From an uncultured virus (IMG/VR IMGVR_UViG_3300020727_000006) (lineage: Duplodnaviria; Heunggongvirae; Uroviricota; Caudoviricetes): DNA of 64,000 bases. Where the stretch lies: IMG/VR virus record IMGVR_UViG_3300020727_000006, one strand, 5' to 3'. Of this stretch, positions 58,157 through 64,000 are shown in pieces (the first letter of the stretch is position 1; every line of letters starts with the position of its first letter). A program made the translations under genes and the position numbers. The notes beneath the pieces were generated by a model. It searched no databases. It worked only from the letters and a program-made list of their open reading frames with translations, and had not been told where the DNA came from.

Positions 58157-59560
58157 TTATTTTGAAGATTTAATATTAGCTAACATACTTTTTAATCTGC
58201 TGCTATCGACTGTTGCCGTGACTTTACTAGATTCAGTATCAATGTTGCCAGCCGCTCTTACGACACTGCCAGTTTTAAGACCGTCGAAGATAGTATTTGA
58301 TGGTTTCTTGAACTGAGATGTTTGGCTATCATCATCTGGAAGATCGCGAATACGCAAACTATCAATATCAAATTCAAGTTCAACCTTTTGTCCAACGCCA
58401 CTGCTGCTACGAGTTTTCATAATTTGAAGTTGATATTTGCCGTGCTCACGCATACTGCGTGTTGTAAAAATGCCGAATAGATTGTCTGCAGTATTGATTT
58501 TTGAAATACCGCCACTAATATGACTGTGGTCAAACTCTACTTCTTCAACACTTGCACGATTTAACTGCGATGCTGTAACCAATAAGATTTGCATTTCTTT
58601 GGCAAAATTACGAATTTCCTCACTTACATACTTGTCCTTGACAAACAAATCACTTGGGCTAACCTTTGCACTAACAGGCATTAGCAAATCAAGATAATCA
58701 ATCATAACAAAATCTACACGACGACCGCTGCGGATTTGCAGTTCTTTAATATAAGCACGAACATCGTTGATATTGCTTTGCGCTGGCAAATATTTGATTT
58801 GTAACTTACCACTCTTTTTACCCATCATGATAACCTTCATATCTACATTGTCAATATCTCTGAAGATATCTTTACTTGGAATATTAGTAATCATACTATC
58901 AATACGCATAGAGGTTAGTTCTTCACTCAATTCTAGCGTAATATAAACGCCATTGAGACCAAGTTGCATCCAGTTAACTGCAATGTTTTGCATAAACAGT
59001 GACTTACCGCTACCGCTACCACCAGCAAATATATTCAACTCGCCCTTATTAAACCCACCAAATAGTTTCTGGTCAAGTGCGTTCCATCCTGTAGAAACCT
59101 GCCCATTGTTATCTTTAATTCTCATCAAACGGGCTTTAGGATCAGCAAAGTAGTCTGTGCCAAGGTCTTTAGTCAAGCTAATTTGCACTGCATCCTTAAT
59201 AAGTTTCTCAACAGGATCAAAATCGCCTTTCTCAAGCAAGTCAGCAGCGGCAAGAATTGCTCGTTCAAGTTCTTTTTGTCTAGTAAATCCCTCGAACTCA
59301 TCTAAAAACCAAGAGGTATGGTCATCTGTCATTCCAGAAATTGGTTGAAATGTATTATTGGTGGCAGCATTAATTTGCTCATGCAACGGCATAATAGTAT
59401 GCTTTTCACAGTGTTCCTTAATGAACTCTGCTGCACTTTTTAAACTACGATCAAAGTTATTTGGATTAAAAATATTTTGAACGCGCACATAACTTTGCGA
59501 ATCGCTCAGCATCATTTCAATGAATAGCTTTTGGATTTGTGCGTCGTATGTTTTTGCCAT
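58157..59560 (-). CDS. Replicative DnaB/gp41-like helicase
   Basis: GGSGSGKS Walker A, LELSE, IDYLDL, TASQLNR, KTR. Confidence 0.92.
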   Translation of the reverse strand: MAKTYDAQIQKLFIEMMLSDSQSYVRVQNIFNPNNFDRSLKSAAEFIKEHCEKHTIMPLHEQINAATNNTFQPISGMTDDHTSWFLDEFEGFTRQKELERAILAAADLLEKGDFDPVEKLIKDAVQISLTKDLGTDYFADPKARLMRIKDNNGQVSTGWNALDQKLFGGFNKGELNIFAGGSGSGKSLFMQNIAVNWMQLGLNGVYITLELSEELTSMRIDSMITNIPSKDIFRDIDNVDMKVIMMGKKSGKLQIKYLPAQSNINDVRAYIKELQIRSGRRVDFVMIDYLDLLMPVSAKVSPSDLFVKDKYVSEEIRNFAKEMQILLVTASQLNRASVEEVEFDHSHISGGISKINTADNLFGIFTTRSMREHGKYQLQIMKTRSSSGVGQKVELEFDIDSLRIRDLPDDDSQTSQFKKPSNTIFDGLKTGSVVRAAGNIDTESSKVTATVDSSRLKSMLANIKSSK

Positions 59561-59575
59561 ATGTGTATTATATCT

Positions 59576-60247
59576 TTATTCTTGGTTGTTGTCACTATTT
59601 TTAGTTAAGTCGATAAGCCATTTGTTTTTGCTTGCCCAGCAATCGTAAGTACTTTCAAATAAAGTATTATCAAACTCAACTTGGGAAATATTATTAACCA
59701 ATGTTTTACATTTATTTTTATCAAAAATATCAACTATATCTATTCTGTTTATTCCTAGTTTTTTCCATTCATTTAGTGCATGTAGTCTACTTTTTTGTAT
59801 TGCCAACAATGCGGTTTCTTCGTTTGGATATTTTATTTTTGCAAATTTAGGATTTCCAGAATTGCATTTCAACCATTCAATTATACTCGAATAATCTTGA
59901 TTTATTCTTTTTTTAACAAACGCCGCCGTGGTAACTTCACAAAACAGACTATCATCTATATAATAAAATTTACATTTTGGAAAACGATTAATTATTTCGT
60001 TATTGCAGAAATGCGAGTTGCCAGTATCATATTCATAAGATGATATATTTTCTTCAAAACTATTATTAAAAAAAAGAGAATGAAAATATCGTTTAGAAAT
60101 ACTTTCTATACCTTGTTCAAGGGCACCGTTATCATCAATAATTCTGCTTTCTGTTGGCAACTTATATCGCTGCTGCAAAATAAGAAAAGTAAGAAAATCG
60201 CCACATGCACCACCATTGAATACTATGCATATTTTAGGTTTAAACAT
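59576..60247 (-). CDS. AT-rich hypothetical protein (P-loop/sulfotransferase-like)
   Basis: IVFNGGACGDFL N-terminal motif; TAATG coupling. Confidence 0.5.
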   Translation of the reverse strand: MFKPKICIVFNGGACGDFLTFLILQQRYKLPTESRIIDDNGALEQGIESISKRYFHSLFFNNSFEENISSYEYDTGNSHFCNNEIINRFPKCKFYYIDDSLFCEVTTAAFVKKRINQDYSSIIEWLKCNSGNPKFAKIKYPNEETALLAIQKSRLHALNEWKKLGINRIDIVDIFDKNKCKTLVNNISQVEFDNTLFESTYDCWASKNKWLIDLTKNSDNNQE

Positions 60248-61245
60248 TAAAACCACTTTCGTGAATGTAACTGTATTTTTAATTTATTATTCTGCACACT
60301 GTTTAAAATACTACGCATAGTAAACAACTGCCCATACTTAGCAACAGCATCTGATACATCTTTAATTCCCGCTTCCCAATCAGGAAATGCTACTCCCCAA
60401 CCATATTTTAGTGCAGCATCTACCATTGCCCCACCAGCTTTATCACGATCAGGCACGACAATGATATCACGGTCAAGTGTCTCAATAACTTGAGCCTGTC
60501 CATCATTGATTTCATTGCTACAAATAGCAAGTGCACCAATAGCAACTGCATCAAGCAATCCTTCAACGACGATGCAAAACTGTGCATCCTTGTGTTGCCG
60601 ATCATAGCCCCATATCAAATTACTTGGATAGTTAGAAAAATATTTGACTTTCTTTTTACCATCTTCAAACAGCCGCCCACTAAATCCCATAGGTTTGTTT
60701 TTCCAAGTAAATGGAACAAGCACACGGTTTCTTAGTAAAGGGTCGTCTGTCCAGTAAAAATCAGATAACTTATCGCCAAAACCTCTAGAATCAAGATAAT
60801 TGATAGCATTTTCAAGACTGTTATAATCGTTTTCATTGATATATCCATCATTTAACCAACTTGTAATAGGGCGACCAGGACACGGATCACGAGGTTCGTA
60901 AGTAGGTAACTCACGAGTTTCAACTACAACTTGTTCATAGCTTTCTTGACTGATAGCAAAAAGAGCAAGACGACCAATCTCGTCGTCGCCCATGCCAAGC
61001 CAAGACATCCACCGCCGCATCTTGTAAGAAAGACGGCGACCTGGTTGCCAAGAAGCAGTGTAATGACAATTGAAACAATGCGCAGTTATGCCGCCTTCTG
61101 GCGATGGCATAACGCCACCACGACCACGAGTATCAACATTTTGACCATTATGATGACAGCAGACAGCATTGAAACTTATCCAACCGCTAGGCGTGGATTT
61201 GCGTTTCCATGGCAGATGCTGCATGATTTGGTCAGTAATTTCCAT
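60247..61245 (-). CDS. DNA primase (gp61-like, zinc finger plus TOPRIM)
   Basis: CC..HCFNC, YLDSRG, VEGLLDA, PDRD, KDVSDA. Confidence 0.9.
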   Translation of the reverse strand: MEITDQIMQHLPWKRKSTPSGWISFNAVCCHHNGQNVDTRGRGGVMPSPEGGITAHCFNCHYTASWQPGRRLSYKMRRWMSWLGMGDDEIGRLALFAISQESYEQVVVETRELPTYEPRDPCPGRPITSWLNDGYINENDYNSLENAINYLDSRGFGDKLSDFYWTDDPLLRNRVLVPFTWKNKPMGFSGRLFEDGKKKVKYFSNYPSNLIWGYDRQHKDAQFCIVVEGLLDAVAIGALAICSNEINDGQAQVIETLDRDIIVVPDRDKAGGAMVDAALKYGWGVAFPDWEAGIKDVSDAVAKYGQLFTMRSILNSVQNNKLKIQLHSRKWF

Positions 61246-61251
61246 AACACT

Positions 61252-61279
61252 AATATAACAGATTTATAACAAATGTCAA
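61252..61279 (-). promoter_or_regulatory. Sigma70-type early promoter, leaderless
   Basis: TTGACA-16 nt-TATATT-6 nt-ATG. Confidence 0.75.
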
Positions 61280-62064
61280 GGACGATATGCGATATAATTT
61301 ACAGTGCCGCTAGTTTGTGTTATTTTAAATCGTACAGCGTTAAATTTACCATAGAAATTAAAATATCCGTTGCCTGTCATGTTGTTAAGTGTGACATCTT
61401 GTATAACAACCCAAGTAGCAGCATTACTAACACTGAGATAATCTTGCGTTGCCTGACATTCAATTGTACCAGTAAATCCTGTACAGTTATATTGCACGGT
61501 TTGTGCAACTGCACGCCCTTTTACACGATCTGCCATTTGCGTTGCACTCGTATAAGCAACATTTAGATAGCCAGTGCTGATATCGTTTGTATAATTTAAA
61601 ATAGTAGGTTTGAAACTTTCAACAAATGCTGGATAAACATTGTCGTGAATTCTGGCTTGTCCTTGCGCATTATAGTTGTCATCGCTATATGCAATTTGCT
61701 GTTCGCCTTCTGGACTTGTAACTACAATACTATAATTGTATAATCCAGCGTTTACATCATCAATAAGACTGCTCTCAACAAGTGTAGTGGCAGTACCAGC
61801 ATCAGTATAAACAAGTTGTAATGCTCTACTAAAAACTAATTCTGTCGTAGTAGGATCAATCAAGTTAAATAGAACTGAACTATCAAGTAGACTTACAGGT
61901 TTTTGGTCTTGGTTTTTAAACAAAAATTGGAATCGGTTATCTACACCCTTGTATATTTGTAATGGTTTCGCATACACTAACTGATTCTCCCTGTGTGGTG
62001 CGAAGTCACTGTTCTTTACAACGGTAATGATTTGTTTATATAAATAACCTAAAATTGGCTGCAC
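61276..62064 (-). CDS. Ig-like virion structural protein
   Basis: YKGVDN..F.F.NQDQKP; beta-rich; TAAATA and AGGAG upstream. Confidence 0.6.
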   Translation of the reverse strand: MQPILGYLYKQIITVVKNSDFAPHRENQLVYAKPLQIYKGVDNRFQFLFKNQDQKPVSLLDSSVLFNLIDPTTTELVFSRALQLVYTDAGTATTLVESSLIDDVNAGLYNYSIVVTSPEGEQQIAYSDDNYNAQGQARIHDNVYPAFVESFKPTILNYTNDISTGYLNVAYTSATQMADRVKGRAVAQTVQYNCTGFTGTIECQATQDYLSVSNAATWVVIQDVTLNNMTGNGYFNFYGKFNAVRFKITQTSGTVNYIAYRP

Positions 62065-62089
62065 AGAATGGACTCCTTTTATATTTATT

Positions 62090-62461
62090 ATGATTTCAAT
62101 TGAACAAATGCTAGAACAATACCCGTTCCTAAGTTACATAAAATATACTCACAGTGATTATATTGGTATTATACAAAATCATGATACCGATATCGTAAGC
62201 ATGTATGCTTTTAATAAACTTAGAACAGATAAAGATAAACTTGGGTTTTTAGAAACTGCAGAAATATGGTGGTGGGAATCTAATAGATTAATTCCTATTA
62301 ACATATTTCTTAAAGAAAGTTGGAATCCATTCAGGTACAGTACAGTAACGCTAGCTTGCAAAGATATAATAGAACAACATGGACATATTGTTAGCATTGC
62401 CAAGCTAGCAGAGAAGCGAACCAAACGCCGTGTAGTGCAATTAGTTCGCAGACTCACTTAA
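62090..62461 (+). CDS. Conserved-looking hypothetical protein
   Basis: YPFLS, YIGIIQN, WWWESNRLIPINIFL. Confidence 0.65.
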   Translation: MISIEQMLEQYPFLSYIKYTHSDYIGIIQNHDTDIVSMYAFNKLRTDKDKLGFLETAEIWWWESNRLIPINIFLKESWNPFRYSTVTLACKDIIEQHGHIVSIAKLAEKRTKRRVVQLVRRLT

Positions 62462-63001
62462 TAGATTCATATGAACCATTACTAACTGCGCATAACTGTA
62501 TGCGTGTGCTTTCTTGAAGTAATAGCCTTCATGCGGTTTTAACCAAATTTCTTCGGCAATTTCTTTCCATCGTTTTCCAACAAGATATCGTTTACTTGGA
62601 CGAATCATTGCTAATACCATTGCTAACTTATCCATTGTATCTGGAAAATGTTTCTGGACAAGATCATAGTGGCCATTAAGATGAATTAACTTATCAACAA
62701 ATTCTTTATTGTGAAGTTGGACCCACTGCGGTTCAGTATTACAGAGTTCGTCAAGATGCTCGTTGCTGCGAACTGAATTATAAACATGCACATTCAACAG
62801 GTCCAACTTCATATAGCCAAGTTCTTCGGCTTCGTTATAATCAATATTACTTAAACCAGTAACTGGGTTTTGGGGTATGGGATTAACATAAACACCAGTA
62901 TTGTGTTTGACAACACTGCCGTCACGGCTGATAGACGCAGGTATATGCTTGATTAGTTTCAAGATATCCTCGCGGTTTCCAAAGTCTATGTCAATGTCCA
63001 T
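62441..63001 (-). CDS. Miniature DNA polymerase III alpha (DnaE)-like protein
   Basis: DIDIDF, KHNTGVY, GYMKLDLL, LAMIRP, YFKKAHAYSYA in only 186 aa. Confidence 0.8.
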   Translation of the reverse strand: MDIDIDFGNREDILKLIKHIPASISRDGSVVKHNTGVYVNPIPQNPVTGLSNIDYNEAEELGYMKLDLLNVHVYNSVRSNEHLDELCNTEPQWVQLHNKEFVDKLIHLNGHYDLVQKHFPDTMDKLAMVLAMIRPSKRYLVGKRWKEIAEEIWLKPHEGYYFKKAHAYSYAQLVMVHMNLLSESAN

Positions 63002-63253
63002 TTATGCCCATCTCATTGCAAATAATGTTACATCTTCCTTATTGAGAAACATATATCTTAGATAATAAATTTGTTTTGGATATGGTTCATATATTTTTTC
63101 CATAAATTGATACCATTTTCCATTAGGATTTTCACTATTATACTCCATACCAATATTTTCTTGACACCATTTCTTATAATCTTTGGGTATCCCATTAAGA
63201 GAAGTACCTGATATCTTGTGCCAATTAGATGTTAATTCATTTTTCATGACCAT
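63002..63253 (-). CDS. Hypothetical protein (ends F..RW)
   Basis: WC.EN, F...EDVTLFAMRW. Confidence 0.6.
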   Translation of the reverse strand: MVMKNELTSNWHKISGTSLNGIPKDYKKWCQENIGMEYNSENPNGKWYQFMEKIYEPYPKQIYYLRYMFLNKEDVTLFAMRWA

Positions 63254-63498
63254 CTCACCAAAAAAAGTGTTCTTTCTTCATCGTTAACAAACGCTAGTAT
63301 CATACCTTTTTGTGACCAACTTGTCAATGAAGAATTGCACCATTCTGCAATATCTTCTTCATTTAATACCCACCATGATACATCAGCGATAACAAGTATG
63401 CTTTTATTTTTTATTAAATCAATAGTATGAATATTTTCAGATAATTCACGAACTTCACTAAGCGATAACCCATTACCAATTATAAATCGTTGAGTCAT
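63244..63498 (-). CDS. Hypothetical protein (ends F..RW)
   Basis: EWC, F...EERTLFLVRW. Confidence 0.6.
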   Translation of the reverse strand: MTQRFIIGNGLSLSEVRELSENIHTIDLIKNKSILVIADVSWWVLNEEDIAEWCNSSLTSWSQKGMILAFVNDEERTLFLVRWS

Positions 63499-64000
63499 TA
63501 AAAACCTGCTTGTCGCAATATATGACGGTTCATTTCAGCGTCTGCTGGATAATCTCGAAGCTTTCTTTGCCAAAAATCAGGATCAATCTGTTTAATAACC
63601 ATGCCAACATGTTCCTCAGTCAAAGTTTCAAGTTTAGCAATTCCACTGTCGCAGCAATATAGCACCCATGGAGAAACACGACCATTGATAATATGCTGCA
63701 CAAATCGACCATTTGAAACAGCTTCAAAATACTGTGTTATATCATTATTGGTATCTTCTGCCCAATCTTGCATAGTTAAGATTGAACGCTCTAACGCATC
63801 GCTACTATTTTCAGTACGCAATAGTAGATGAAGATATTCATCATACACTTTGTCTTTACACCAATTATCAATTTTCAACTGCTGTTTTAATACATAGTCA
63901 GTAAATTGACTGGTGTTAATAGCATTTATACTAACGCAATGTCGCCCAAATTTTACAAATGCGTTATAAAAAGTATTGTTGCAAAAATCTGCATATGTTT
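63498..64000 (-). CDS. Hypothetical protein (5' truncated by window)
   Basis: Frame is open to the window end (TYADFCNNTFYNAFVKFG...KIDNWC, GRVSPW). Confidence 0.65.
   Translation of the reverse strand, partial: TYADFCNNTFYNAFVKFGRHCVSINAINTSQFTDYVLKQQLKIDNWCKDKVYDEYLHLLLRTENSSDALERSILTMQDWAEDTNNDITQYFEAVSNGRFVQHIINGRVSPWVLYCCDSGIAKLETLTEEHVGMVIKQIDPDFWQRKLRDYPADAEMNRHILRQAGF

Noticed and set aside
573..63831. Numerous 60-160 aa ORFs antisense to or nested in long genes
   Set aside because: Shadow ORFs with no RBS, promoter or recognisable motifs
1..64000. Stop-codon reassignment as seen in some jumbo phages
   Set aside because: Conserved genes are full length under the standard code and no suppressor tRNA was seen

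Overview
AT-rich, gene-dense, mostly minus-strand segment of a large T4-like (probably jumbo) myophage genome using the standard genetic code. The host is most likely an alphaproteobacterium, judging by a two-piece permuted tmRNA with an ANDN...LAA tag, PhaR-type operator boxes and a ROSE-type thermometer. Replication and nucleotide genes: primase, DnaB/gp41 helicase, a miniature DnaE-like protein, class Ia NrdA split by a GIY-YIG endonuclease, NrdB, glutaredoxin, GuaC and exonucleases. Virion genes: a lysozyme-bearing hub, a PAAR protein, a tail fibre and probable internal head proteins. Host-manipulation genes: bS21, ClpS, Hsp20, RimK, tmRNA, MetK, SpeD, UvsE, a phasin-like protein and a CDGSH-like protein. 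Also two tRNAs and scattered AT-rich modification genes. The most notable observations are (1) two unannotated tRNA-shaped ncRNAs with large internal domains; (2) a candidate trans-envelope cAMP signalling system (CsgF/CsgG/curlin/FecR, CHASE2 adenylate cyclase, a stand-alone paralog of the cyclase C-terminal tail and a divergent metallophosphoesterase); (3) a phasin-like gene under host PhaR-type boxes; (4) an intron-less split nrdA with charge-complementary tails; and (5) recurring hairpins that couple a late promoter to RBS occlusion, plus widespread leaderless genes. All product calls come from motif recognition by eye; no database search was run.
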